Assembly (NCBI GenBank): GCA_944325225.1
Contig: CALUZQ010000004.1
Location: 579 to 64,578, forward strand
Source of the DNA: an uncultured Elusimicrobiales bacterium
GTDB lineage: Bacteria; Elusimicrobiota; Elusimicrobia; Elusimicrobiales; Elusimicrobiaceae
Length of the DNA stretch: 64,000 nt
Direction: 5' to 3'
Below are positions 28,289 through 37,176 of this stretch, one piece after another. The notes below the pieces were generated by a model, which saw only the letters and a list, made by a program, of their open reading frames with translations, was not told where the DNA came from and ran no database searches. A program made the position numbers and the translations under genes. Each line of letters starts with the position of its first letter. The stretch's first letter is position 1.

Positions 28289-29186
28289 ATTAACCCGTAC
28301 CATTTACCTGCTTAACGTATTGGACAGCGGGAATATTGATATTCCCCGCGAAGCGGAAGAACTCGGCGTAACGGTGCGGACGATTCAACGGGATATTCTT
28401 AATTTGGAAGCGGCCGGAATCCCGCTCTATAAAGTTAAACCGGGAACTTATAGTTTTACGGAAGGCTTTTCCCTAAAAAAATTACAATTATCCAAGGAAG
28501 AACTTTCCGCGCTCGTGTTACTTTTAGAATTGGCCAGGCCGTTTGGCTCTAAATTTGAAAATTTAATCTCTAATTTAAACCAACGGCTTATATGTCCTCT
28601 AGAGGAATCCCCGTATTATTTCCAAATCGCCTCTTCGGCTTATGAGAAATCCGCCGTCACGCAGGCGCTGGAACAAGCAATCCATACCCATACGGCAGTA
28701 TATTTAACATTTGCGGCGGATCCCACTAAAAAATTAAATTATTATCTGCAGCCGCTCAAATTACTGCATTCTGGCGGATTTTGGTATGTGTTCGGTTTAA
28801 ACGACCGGAAACAAATTAAAACTTTGCGTTTGGACCGTATTTTGGAGATAAAAAACACGCAAGATGCTTTTACCCCCTCCAAAACAGCCTTAGACGCCTT
28901 AAAAGCAAGTACCAGCGTATTCTTTAACGAACGAGTAAAAAACCGCGTAATTTTGAAAATTGAGACAAATATTGCCTCTTATTTTGAAAAACGGAACTAT
29001 TTTCCAAGACAAAAAATCGTAACCAAACATTCGGACGGAAGCCTAACGCTTGAAACAACCATATCCCAAGACGAAGAAGTCTTGCTGCCCCTAATGCCTT
29101 GGTTGCCGCATATCCATATTGTAGAACCCATCTCTTTAAAGCATACACTGCACAACACGCTAAAGAAATATCTTCAGCAAGATTAG
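28266..29186 (+). CDS. HTH-WYL-WCX transcriptional regulator
   Basis: N-terminal wHTH ELGVTVRTIQRDI; WYL domain P..L....GFWY...R..RLDRI; C-terminal WCX-like region. Confidence 0.92.
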   Translation: MKEKTLNKLTRTIYLLNVLDSGNIDIPREAEELGVTVRTIQRDILNLEAAGIPLYKVKPGTYSFTEGFSLKKLQLSKEELSALVLLLELARPFGSKFENLISNLNQRLICPLEESPYYFQIASSAYEKSAVTQALEQAIHTHTAVYLTFAADPTKKLNYYLQPLKLLHSGGFWYVFGLNDRKQIKTLRLDRILEIKNTQDAFTPSKTALDALKASTSVFFNERVKNRVILKIETNIASYFEKRNYFPRQKIVTKHSDGSLTLETTISQDEEVLLPLMPWLPHIHIVEPISLKHTLHNTLKKYLQQD

Positions 29187-29233
29187 CTTGACTATCCCTC
29201 CCTACGTAAGCGGTAATATACGTGGGAGGGAAT

Positions 29234-29638
29234 ATGAAAACACCCCATACGCTGACAAATAAACAATTATGCAAAGCTTGGGCTATGTACGTCAAAAAAC
29301 CAATGCCCAAGCTGCGCAGATCTTTGCTGGTTAGATATATTGCCTGGTATAAACAAGCGTACGAAGACAAAATCAATATTAAACACTTCTTCCGGCAACT
29401 CACTCAAACACAAGAAAATATAAATCAATACAAACAAAAACAACCAAAGGAAAAGACTTTTTCCGAGGGAACCTGTTTCATACGCTCTTATAATGGAAGC
29501 CAATACAAAGTGGAAGTCATTCCAAACGGGTATTTGTATAGCGGACAAACCTACAAGAGCTTATCCGCCGTCGCACGCAAAATAACAGGCAAGCAATGGA
29601 ATGGAAAAGTCTTTTTCGGGGTAAAAAATGCAAGATAA
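29234..29638 (+). CDS. DUF2924 domain protein
   Basis: GT.FIRSYNG...V.V...GY.YSGQTYKSLSAVARKITGKQWNGKVFFG; overlaps recombinase start. Confidence 0.85.
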   Translation: MKTPHTLTNKQLCKAWAMYVKKPMPKLRRSLLVRYIAWYKQAYEDKINIKHFFRQLTQTQENINQYKQKQPKEKTFSEGTCFIRSYNGSQYKVEVIPNGYLYSGQTYKSLSAVARKITGKQWNGKVFFGVKNAR

Positions 29639-31259
29639 ACCTATTCGCTGCGCCATTTATACGCGGAAATCCTCAGAGGAGGGGCTGGAACAAGATTTTA
29701 ACAGCCTTCAAGCCCAGCGAGAAGCTTGTGAAGCTTATATTAAAAGCCAAAAATCAGAGCATTGGGTCCTGATTTCCACGCCCTACGATGATGGCGGATA
29801 TTCCGGAGGGACGCTGGAACGCCCCGCTCTTCAAAAACTCCTACAAGATGTCCGGTTGGGACAAGTTGATATTATCGTTGTCTATAAAATTGACCGATTG
29901 ACACGCAGTTTAATGGATTTCAGTAAAATCATAGAGGTATTAGACGCCAGCCAAGCATCTTTCGTATCCATTACCCAACACTTCAATACCACGACCAGTA
30001 TGGGCCGATTGACGCTTAATATGCTTCTGTCTTTTGCGCAATTTGAACGGGAAGTAACTGCCGAACGGATCCGGGATAAATACGCCGCCAGTAAAAAGAA
30101 AGGTATGTGGATGGGCGGTTATCCACCTTTTGGATATGAACGCAAAGATAAAAAGCTCTTTCCTCATCCGCAGCAGGCCGCCGTATTAATCTCGTTGTTC
30201 AAACAATACTATGCGTTAAAAAGCGTCGGAAAACTGTTAGATTGGGTACGCGCTAACAACATCCAAACCTCTTTAGGGAAACCCTTTACCAAAATTAATT
30301 TGCATCGTATTTTATCCAATCGGGTCTATATCGGAGAAGTGGGCCATAAAGGAATATGGTACCCGGGATTACATCAGGCATTAGTGGATAGGGAGTTATT
30401 TAACTCTGTTCAAGACATTATTACGGAACACCAAGTCAAACGCACCTATCACGACACCCACCCCAGTTTTTTAGCCGGAAAACTGTTTGATGATAAAGGT
30501 AATCGGATGAGCCCCAAAGCAAGCGGTTCCGGCAACAAGAAACGGCGATATTACACGAGCCAAGCTATGATTAAGCAAGAAAGGGAAAAACTGGGCGCTA
30601 TTACGCAAGTTCCGGCAGGAGAACTGGAAAATTTTGTTACCCAGCGCTTAAAAGAAATCTTAAATGCTCCCTCATTTTTAACCCCGCTTCTCTCGGATTA
30701 CCATATATCCCTACAACAAGATGTAATAGCAAAAATTCCTCAGCTTTCCATATCCACAGAAATAAGAAAATTACTTCTGGTAAGAGTTGATTTGACCCCT
30801 AATACGTTAAAACTGACCATATCCCCAGCCCAACTAAAAGAATTTTTGCTTTCTATGGCAGAAAATAGACCTTGCAAAACGCTTACATATGACAAAAATA
30901 CCCTGCAAACCTTTGAATACCCTTTCCAAATTAGAAGGGCCTGCAAAGGAAAAAAGATTATTTTAGGAACTGAAAATCCTATCCCTAATTATCCCAAAGA
31001 ACCATTAGTTAGAATTATTTGTCAAAGTTATACTTTGCGGGAAAAACTCTTCTCCGGCAGGGCTTCCTCTATTTTAGAGTTGGCAAAACAAGAGGGTTGC
31101 ACAGACAGTTATATGTCCCGGCTTTTAGAAATATCCTTCTTACCCGCTAAAACCATTTTGGATATCCTATCCGGTACTTCAAAAGAGGTTTTAAGCGTTA
31201 AAGATTTACTTAAGTTAAAAAACGACCGAAGGCTGTCGCAACGCTTATCTAAACTATAG
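29628..31259 (+). CDS. Large serine recombinase (integrase)
   Basis: CAIYTRKS (catalytic Ser), DDGGYSGG...RPAL, VYKIDRLTRS, FAQFERE, recombinase domain YIGEV. Confidence 0.93.
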   Translation: MQDKPIRCAIYTRKSSEEGLEQDFNSLQAQREACEAYIKSQKSEHWVLISTPYDDGGYSGGTLERPALQKLLQDVRLGQVDIIVVYKIDRLTRSLMDFSKIIEVLDASQASFVSITQHFNTTTSMGRLTLNMLLSFAQFEREVTAERIRDKYAASKKKGMWMGGYPPFGYERKDKKLFPHPQQAAVLISLFKQYYALKSVGKLLDWVRANNIQTSLGKPFTKINLHRILSNRVYIGEVGHKGIWYPGLHQALVDRELFNSVQDIITEHQVKRTYHDTHPSFLAGKLFDDKGNRMSPKASGSGNKKRRYYTSQAMIKQEREKLGAITQVPAGELENFVTQRLKEILNAPSFLTPLLSDYHISLQQDVIAKIPQLSISTEIRKLLLVRVDLTPNTLKLTISPAQLKEFLLSMAENRPCKTLTYDKNTLQTFEYPFQIRRACKGKKIILGTENPIPNYPKEPLVRIICQSYTLREKLFSGRASSILELAKQEGCTDSYMSRLLEISFLPAKTILDILSGTSKEVLSVKDLLKLKNDRRLSQRLSKL

Positions 31260-31272
31260 AAAAGGAGAAAAT

Positions 31273-32028
31273 ATGACTATATACAACCATTTTGTCCCCA
31301 CAGGGATTAAATCATTAGATGCTGAAATCGGCGGTTTAGAAATAGGAAAACTCACTTTCGTAACCGCCACACCACGCCAAGGGAAAACGGCCTTTATCGC
31401 AAATGTAATAGCAAATACGGCAGTTTCCCAACACATTCCAACAGCGTTTTTCTCCATAGAAATAGGGAAAAACAGTTTATTTGAACGACTAGCAGAAAAA
31501 TTCTGCAATATTAAAATTGCACAGTTAAAAGAGGGATATTTCTCCAAGGAACAATACCAGAAGATCATTCAACCAACATTAGAGAAATTACAAAAATCCG
31601 CCTTGTATATTGATGATACTCCTGCCATTGACATAGAAGAAATTTGCCGAAAAACCCGCCGGCTGCATAAAGAATTGACTCAAACAGATATAAATCTTAA
31701 ATTACTAGCCATAGATTATTTTCAGTTAATTAAAGGGGCCCAAAAAGACACAAATCATATATTGGGCAAATTGCGCGAACTGGCCCAAGAATTACAAATT
31801 GCCGTATTAATATCGGTACAATGCAAACAACAATTTACAGGGAGTCCCTCTAATTTATTAGATTTACTTCCTGCTTCAATGCAAATATTTTCTAATGAGT
31901 TATTGATCTTTATCCAGAAAACTCAACGAGAAAACGAATTACATATCGTGTTCCATAGTAAATGTTCTATACGCACACAACTAAATGTACACTTCAACCA
32001 AGAATGCGGAATAATTACCGACAAATAG
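31273..32028 (+). CDS. Truncated DnaB-like helicase C-terminal (RecA-fold) domain
   Basis: TGIKSLD..IGGL, Walker A ATPRQGKT, FFSIE, LYIDDTP, IDYFQLI; lacks DnaB N-terminal domain. Confidence 0.8.
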   Translation: MTIYNHFVPTGIKSLDAEIGGLEIGKLTFVTATPRQGKTAFIANVIANTAVSQHIPTAFFSIEIGKNSLFERLAEKFCNIKIAQLKEGYFSKEQYQKIIQPTLEKLQKSALYIDDTPAIDIEEICRKTRRLHKELTQTDINLKLLAIDYFQLIKGAQKDTNHILGKLRELAQELQIAVLISVQCKQQFTGSPSNLLDLLPASMQIFSNELLIFIQKTQRENELHIVFHSKCSIRTQLNVHFNQECGIITDK

Positions 32029-32037
32029 GATATTATT

Positions 32038-32853
32038 ATGTGTGATTCTATCCAAAATATCATCCAAGAATACAATCAAAAACTACAAAACACATGGCAC
32101 CCTGTTGAACACAAACAAGGAGGAATCCCTTGCCCCAGCCAGAAATTAAAAGAGTTTTTTGTGGAGTTTGTTCCCGGGGAGTGTTATATCTTTATAGGAA
32201 GCCGCCACTATATGGCGCTTGAACACTTTCGGACGTGGCTTTTATGGCATTTTATACATCAGTCCATAAGCATTGGAATACGAAGCACCCATATAACCCC
32301 TCAAAAAGATTTTCAGTGGTTATTGTCTTTAGAAAGCGGATATTCCTTTCAAAGTCTTTCTTCTCTGGAAAAAGCTGATATTACACAACAGGAAAATATC
32401 CATAAAGCCATACAAACATTATCTACAAGCAGATTAGAGTGGTGTAGTGCCAAAACGCCTATTTATAACAATATGCATGACATTTATTTCTTTTCTCTGT
32501 CATTACAAGAATGGAAGGAAGAGCATTGTTTTATCTTGCCAAAATTGGCTAAACGCTTACAAAAACCGATTTTTGTATTTGTATATATGGATAAACAAAG
32601 AAATAATGCTTTAGGTAATCCATATTACCTAAATATAGATGATTTATACGATGAAAACAACTACCGTTTTTCTTCAGAATATGGGGATTATATTGGATTC
32701 GTATATCCAAGCTGGCCTATGTGGAAGCACTCTTGGTTGGAAGACAATACTTCTGACATCACTCTTAACATCCAAGATTTAAGGAAAATCCGTCAAAGAC
32801 TTTGTGTGTTTCAAATAGATAATATGCAAAGGTTGGTAGATTACAATATATAG
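32038..32853 (+). CDS. Highly degenerate DnaB-like protein (Walker A lost)
   Basis: GGIPCP..KL...FVPGECYIFIGSR aligns by eye with DnaB GIPTG..LD...PGELIIIAARP; GKT absent. Confidence 0.5.
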   Translation: MCDSIQNIIQEYNQKLQNTWHPVEHKQGGIPCPSQKLKEFFVEFVPGECYIFIGSRHYMALEHFRTWLLWHFIHQSISIGIRSTHITPQKDFQWLLSLESGYSFQSLSSLEKADITQQENIHKAIQTLSTSRLEWCSAKTPIYNNMHDIYFFSLSLQEWKEEHCFILPKLAKRLQKPIFVFVYMDKQRNNALGNPYYLNIDDLYDENNYRFSSEYGDYIGFVYPSWPMWKHSWLEDNTSDITLNIQDLRKIRQRLCVFQIDNMQRLVDYNI

Positions 32854-32870
32854 AGAACAAATTTTATAAG

Positions 32871-33325
32871 TATGGTTCTGACGGCCTAACAGATTATGTA
32901 CTCACAAATAATATCGCCCAAATATCAGACGATACCCAAAAGACTTTATTTACCGCAGATGCGATTACCTGCGCTAAAAACAAATTTCTCCAACAATGGC
33001 TAAATGGCTGATGCTGATTGCGCAAGCGCAAACACTTGCACATCTACCCCCCACTGATAAGGCATTTAAATTGTTGGGACAAGGTTGGGTGGCGGAGGAA
33101 ACGCTGGCAATCGCCGTTTATTGCGCTCTCAAATACAGCAACGATTTTGAAAAAGGCGTTTTAACCGCCGTTAATCACTCCGGCGACAGCGATTCTACCG
33201 GCAGCGTAACCGGACAAATTCTGGGAGCGTATTTGGGTTTTGAAGCAATTCCTCAAAAATATATTGAACCACTGGAGTTAAAAGAAATAATTTTAAAAAC
33301 GACTGATAATCTAACAAGAAAGTAA
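32871..33325 (+). pseudogene. ADP-ribosylglycohydrolase remnant
   Basis: Startless fragment QISDDTQKTLFTADAI, then in another frame [11 protein letters not shown]...[21 protein letters not shown]; the middle of the gene is missing. Confidence 0.8.
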
Positions 33326-33366
33326 AAATAACCCTCTCTATTTCGTTTGATATAGAATGCGCTAGT

Positions 33367-33930
33367 TTATAGTTTATTTTCTTCCTTTAGCTTACTAACA
33401 TGTTTTTGCAAGCAACCCTCTATTTGAAGATAGCGTAAAACAGCTGATTTACTCAAATCATAACTAATATTGGAAGCGTATTCCTTTAACTGGTTAATAG
33501 CGGCTAGATAATGCTCATTCACCACCAATTCGAGCAGGATTTGAAGTTCTCTTTGCAACTGCAGTTGAACATCCTTTACGGCTTGCAGGGCATTATATTT
33601 CGCTCCTGTTCTAGATACTTTTACTACCGGACTCCACAACATATAATTTTTTTAAAAATGAGGAAAATGTTTATCAATATAGTCTTTATCTTTTTTAAAC
33701 TTTTGAATAAATTTATTTGCTGTATTGGGCTGACTAGTTTTTGTGTTTACATATTGTAAACCTTGAACATGCGCTGCCACTTCACAAACATATATAGTAT
33801 TTTCAGCCATTTTCAGACCGATAACGTCTATTTCAGTTTGATGAGGGCCCTTCACGTTATATTCCACAAAATTGCATCCTTTAATATAACGTAACCATTC
33901 TCCAGTTATTTCTTCTGCTACATTATGCAT
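33367..33930 (-). pseudogene. PD-(D/E)xK nuclease-like gene with internal nonsense codon
   Basis: 92-aa and 91-aa ORFs are in the same frame, separated by a single TAA (33652-33654); AEE...TEIDVIG...CEV pattern. Confidence 0.7.
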
Positions 33931-33951
33931 AATTAATTTTTCCTAATCAGT

Positions 33952-34935
33952 TTAGCAATAGTCATCTATTCCATCAGATCCTTGCCAGACTAAGCCTCTA
34001 TCAAGAGTCACTGTTTTTTCAGCTCCATTTCTTTCAAAAAAAGAACCTAATGATATATGAACAAACCCCTTATCAAATATAATTTTTGATGCTGACCACG
34101 GTTTCATATTTGTCTCATTGAAACAAATAATCCAAATAGTATTATTATCCTTTGATATAATAAAATCTTCTAAAATAGACTCATAATGTTTATTTTTACA
34201 GAAAACCTTACCCTTTTGGAGATTTTGAGCATAACCTAATAATGGATTCTCCCTTTCCACATTCATAGGACAAAGAGGAAATTCCGAAGGGATGTGCCAA
34301 TCCTTTTGAAAAGCTCCTGGCGTTAAAGAAACTATTCGAGAGTCTATTACTTGAGGTTGTTGCTCCTTTAGGTCTTTAAAAATCCAATCCCCCATAGTTC
34401 CTTTTGGAGTAGTATGTTCTTTAACTCGCCAACGTTCCATATTGTGCAAGCAATTAGCGGCCTCTTCCCTCGTTACTGTTCGCATCCAATTGAAATTAGA
34501 GTCTTCTTTACTTAGAGGCAATAACTTTGGATTTTCTAAAAACGCCTCTATGCTACCACAAAGATATTCTATTTTTTTACATGTATAAGGATTTTTAAGT
34601 ACATTTTCCAACCGGCTCAACCATCGAAGGTTCTCGGGGCGATTATTGCGCCGATTTGTATCTATATGATCAACTACATCTTCCTTATTGCGAGGAACTC
34701 CATGAAAGGCAGTAGCAACAATTCTGTGAACTCGAACAGAAACTATTTCCATATAACCTGTTAAGGCATTTGGCCTTCCAAAAGTCCATTGATTATCTAG
34801 AGGGCGCACACGTTTTCCTGGTCGGGCATGACGCATTACAGCGCCATTATCCCGCACCGAATAATGCTCGCCTTCATATATACATTCTGCTTCTTCACAA
34901 AAATCATCTACACTTACGCGGCTCATAATGCTCAT
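33952..34935 (-). CDS. HNH endonuclease with uncharacterised C-terminal domain
   Basis: VHRIVATAF...VVDHIDTNRRNNRPENLRW HNH signature. Confidence 0.85.
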   Translation of the reverse strand: MSIMSRVSVDDFCEEAECIYEGEHYSVRDNGAVMRHARPGKRVRPLDNQWTFGRPNALTGYMEIVSVRVHRIVATAFHGVPRNKEDVVDHIDTNRRNNRPENLRWLSRLENVLKNPYTCKKIEYLCGSIEAFLENPKLLPLSKEDSNFNWMRTVTREEAANCLHNMERWRVKEHTTPKGTMGDWIFKDLKEQQPQVIDSRIVSLTPGAFQKDWHIPSEFPLCPMNVERENPLLGYAQNLQKGKVFCKNKHYESILEDFIISKDNNTIWIICFNETNMKPWSASKIIFDKGFVHISLGSFFERNGAEKTVTLDRGLVWQGSDGIDDYC

Positions 34936-35062
34936 TGTATATCAAATATATAATACAAGCAACAAATTTCCACTTCTTTTTTGGCAAACAGAGCATCATA
35001 AGCGCTTTTTACCATTGTACCGCCTCTAAACCGTCATTTAGAGCAGACTTTAGTGGAATAAC

Positions 35063-35104
35063 GCAAAATACCCCGACGAAAGAATTTTCCGTCGGGGTAT
35101 TTGC
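35063..35104 (-). terminator. Island-supplied hairpin downstream of tRNA-Ser
   Basis: AAATACCCCGACG / CGTCGGGGTATTT inverted repeat ~20 nt past the tRNA 3' end. Confidence 0.65.
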
Positions 35105-35126
35105 TCTAAAGGTTATAAAAAAGATA

Positions 35127-35213
35127 CGGAGAGGGAGAGATTCGAACTCTCGATACGGTTTCCCGTATGCAGTCTTTCCAGGACTGTGCCTTAAACCGCT
35201 CGGCCACCTCTCC
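35127..35213 (-). tRNA. tRNA-Ser (GGA)
   Basis: GGAGAGG/CCTCTCC acceptor stem, CAGTC-CTGGAAA-GACTG anticodon arm, long variable arm, GTTCGAATC; no encoded CCA. Confidence 0.96.
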
Positions 35214-35320
35214 AAAAGGTTGTGCGGACTAAGTACCTATTTATTATAGCAAATTAATTTTTAGCTTGTATATTTTCCGACGATAAAATAAAAACGCTCC
35301 GGAGCGGAGCGTTTTTATTT

Positions 35321-36670
35321 TTAAAACATATTGGCCAGCATTAAAATCAGCAGTCCTAAAAATACACAGCAGAGCAAAAATTTAGAAAGCCCCAAATGAT
35401 TTTTTAACCAATTGTTAAATGTGGCGGATTCTTTCCCGCACAGCGTCAGTACAAATATCAATACTAACGGCAGTACAAACATAAGGTTGTACATAATTAA
35501 GTATTCGGCCGCTTTCCAGGATTGGCTGCCGGCTTCTTTTAAGATGACCACGCAGGTAGGCAAATAGACCTGCCCCGTGCAGACCGCTTCCACGCCCGAC
35601 ACCACAAAACCCACCGCAAACGCCGCTAACAACAGCCGCCACATGGAGCTGTGTTTGTCCTTTAAGAAGAAACGCATCACTTTATGGATATATTCTTTGT
35701 AACTTTTCGGCAGCTGCAAAAGCATTTTTTCGGATTTTTTGGTGCGCTGGTAGATGATGAAATCATAAGCGCTTAATGCCAGGAAGATTACACATAATCC
35801 AATCGTGCCCCATTGTACGGCCCAGGTAACATAACGGAACCCTTTCATGGCATACAGCGCATGAAAGGCGCCCAGCCCCATTAAAAGATACGCCAAAAAG
35901 ACGGACGCGCAATAGGCCGTCCCCACAATAATAATTTCTTTTTTGGTATATTTATAAGCCGCCAAAAACGATACGAAAAATACAATTACAGCAAAGGCGC
36001 ATGGGTTGATTCCGTCGGCCAGCCCGGCGCCGATAATGGCCCAAAGCGTAATTTGGCTGAAAAGCGTTTCATGCGCTTGCAGCTGGGAGTCCTTTGCGTT
36101 GGTAGGAGAAGCCAGCGGCTGGGGATCAAGCGGCTGTTGGGCTTGGACCGGCTGCACTTCGGCCGCCGCCGGCGCGGTGGGCGAATTCGGAGCGGGAGAA
36201 TCCGGCTGATCCGCTGCCGCATCGGAAGCGCCGTCCGCCGCGGACGGTTTGGTTTCGGTTTGTTTTTCGGCGGATTTCAAATTGGGAATAGCCGTTTTTT
36301 CTTTGGCGTTAAAAGCTTTTTGGACGGCCTGGTCCGATTCGGTGGCAATTTGGGCCGGGTACCCCTGCAAGACGGTTTTGCCAACGACCAGCATGGGGAT
36401 TCCGGCGGAATCCACTCCGTAAGTTTGCAAGGTTTGGTAGAACAGCACATTGTTGGCTTCTTCGGTTAAATCGCATTCAATCAGTTCAACTTTGCCGGCG
36501 TATTTTTGTCTAAACTGTTCGGGAAATCCGTCTTGCTTTAAGTGGCGGCAGTGCGGGCAGTACGGCGAGGTAAACAGTACGGCTTGTACGGGCTCAGCCC
36601 CGACGGCCGGCCCCAGACCCAGCAGGGAAACGGCAACCAACAGCGTTTGGATAAAGCGTTTAATCGACAT
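35321..36670 (-). CDS. Thioredoxin/glutaredoxin (CPHC) - CcdA/DsbD-like membrane domain fusion
   Basis: Signal peptide, FTSPYCPHC, low-complexity linker, DGINPCAF and EAVCTGQVY transmembrane Cys pair. Confidence 0.8.
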   Translation of the reverse strand: MSIKRFIQTLLVAVSLLGLGPAVGAEPVQAVLFTSPYCPHCRHLKQDGFPEQFRQKYAGKVELIECDLTEEANNVLFYQTLQTYGVDSAGIPMLVVGKTVLQGYPAQIATESDQAVQKAFNAKEKTAIPNLKSAEKQTETKPSAADGASDAAADQPDSPAPNSPTAPAAAEVQPVQAQQPLDPQPLASPTNAKDSQLQAHETLFSQITLWAIIGAGLADGINPCAFAVIVFFVSFLAAYKYTKKEIIIVGTAYCASVFLAYLLMGLGAFHALYAMKGFRYVTWAVQWGTIGLCVIFLALSAYDFIIYQRTKKSEKMLLQLPKSYKEYIHKVMRFFLKDKHSSMWRLLLAAFAVGFVVSGVEAVCTGQVYLPTCVVILKEAGSQSWKAAEYLIMYNLMFVLPLVLIFVLTLCGKESATFNNWLKNHLGLSKFLLCCVFLGLLILMLANMF

Positions 36671-36681
36671 GAAACAAACTC

Positions 36682-37176
36682 CTAACATTGATTTTGGCAG
36701 GACAGCAAATCCTGCGTATTTTGCTGAATATCTTTCTCCCACAGGTTCCAAGGATCCTGCGGATTAAAATCAGCCGGTGCCGGCGTATTGCGGCAGGTTT
36801 TACGGGTTACCCGGGTTACCGGGTGTTCATCGCAGACGGTTACTGTTTTGGTGCAGGAACAGTCCTTCCCGTTGCATTCCAGTTGGGTGGAGATTAAAAA
36901 CCGCCCGTCTGCTTTTTTACATTGGGCATTTTGAAGCGGGAAAATCACTTCGGCCGACTGCGCCGGACAATGTAAATACCCGCTCCAGCGCATACCTATC
37001 CAGCTTCCAGCCGCAAGCAGCAGGGCCGCACACGCGCCCCAGGCCAGGGGTCTAATCCAGGCGCGGGGGGCGGCTGGCCGTTGCTGCAGCCGCGCCCATA
37101 CGCGGCGCTGGGCGTGGCCGCCCGGGTCAAAATCCAAGTGGGAAACTTTTTCCACAAAATCTTTGTTTTCGTTCAT
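36682..37176 (-). CDS. Putative anti-sigma factor (single TM, Cys-rich exported domain)
   Basis: Overlaps the ECF sigma stop; one TM helix; 9 Cys C-terminal to it. Confidence 0.6.
   Translation of the reverse strand: MNENKDFVEKVSHLDFDPGGHAQRRVWARLQQRPAAPRAWIRPLAWGACAALLLAAGSWIGMRWSGYLHCPAQSAEVIFPLQNAQCKKADGRFLISTQLECNGKDCSCTKTVTVCDEHPVTRVTRKTCRNTPAPADFNPQDPWNLWEKDIQQNTQDLLSCQNQC

Larger units (their letters stand above)
21572..35133. mobile_element. Integrated genomic island / satellite-like element at tRNA-Ser 3' end, serine-recombinase type
   Basis: CGGAGAG at 21572-21578 and 35127-35133; left copy is followed (minus strand) by CCA plus terminator; visibly AT-rich interior; large serine recombinase with DUF2924/DUF5681/ParB-MTase genes. 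Confidence 0.82.

Noticed and set aside
21572-35133. Complete prophage or ICE
   Set aside because: No terminase large subunit, capsid, tail, lysis, relaxase or T4SS genes
34935-35249. ORFs of 104 and 68 aa at the island right end
   Set aside because: They overlap tRNA-Ser and its hairpin; spurious
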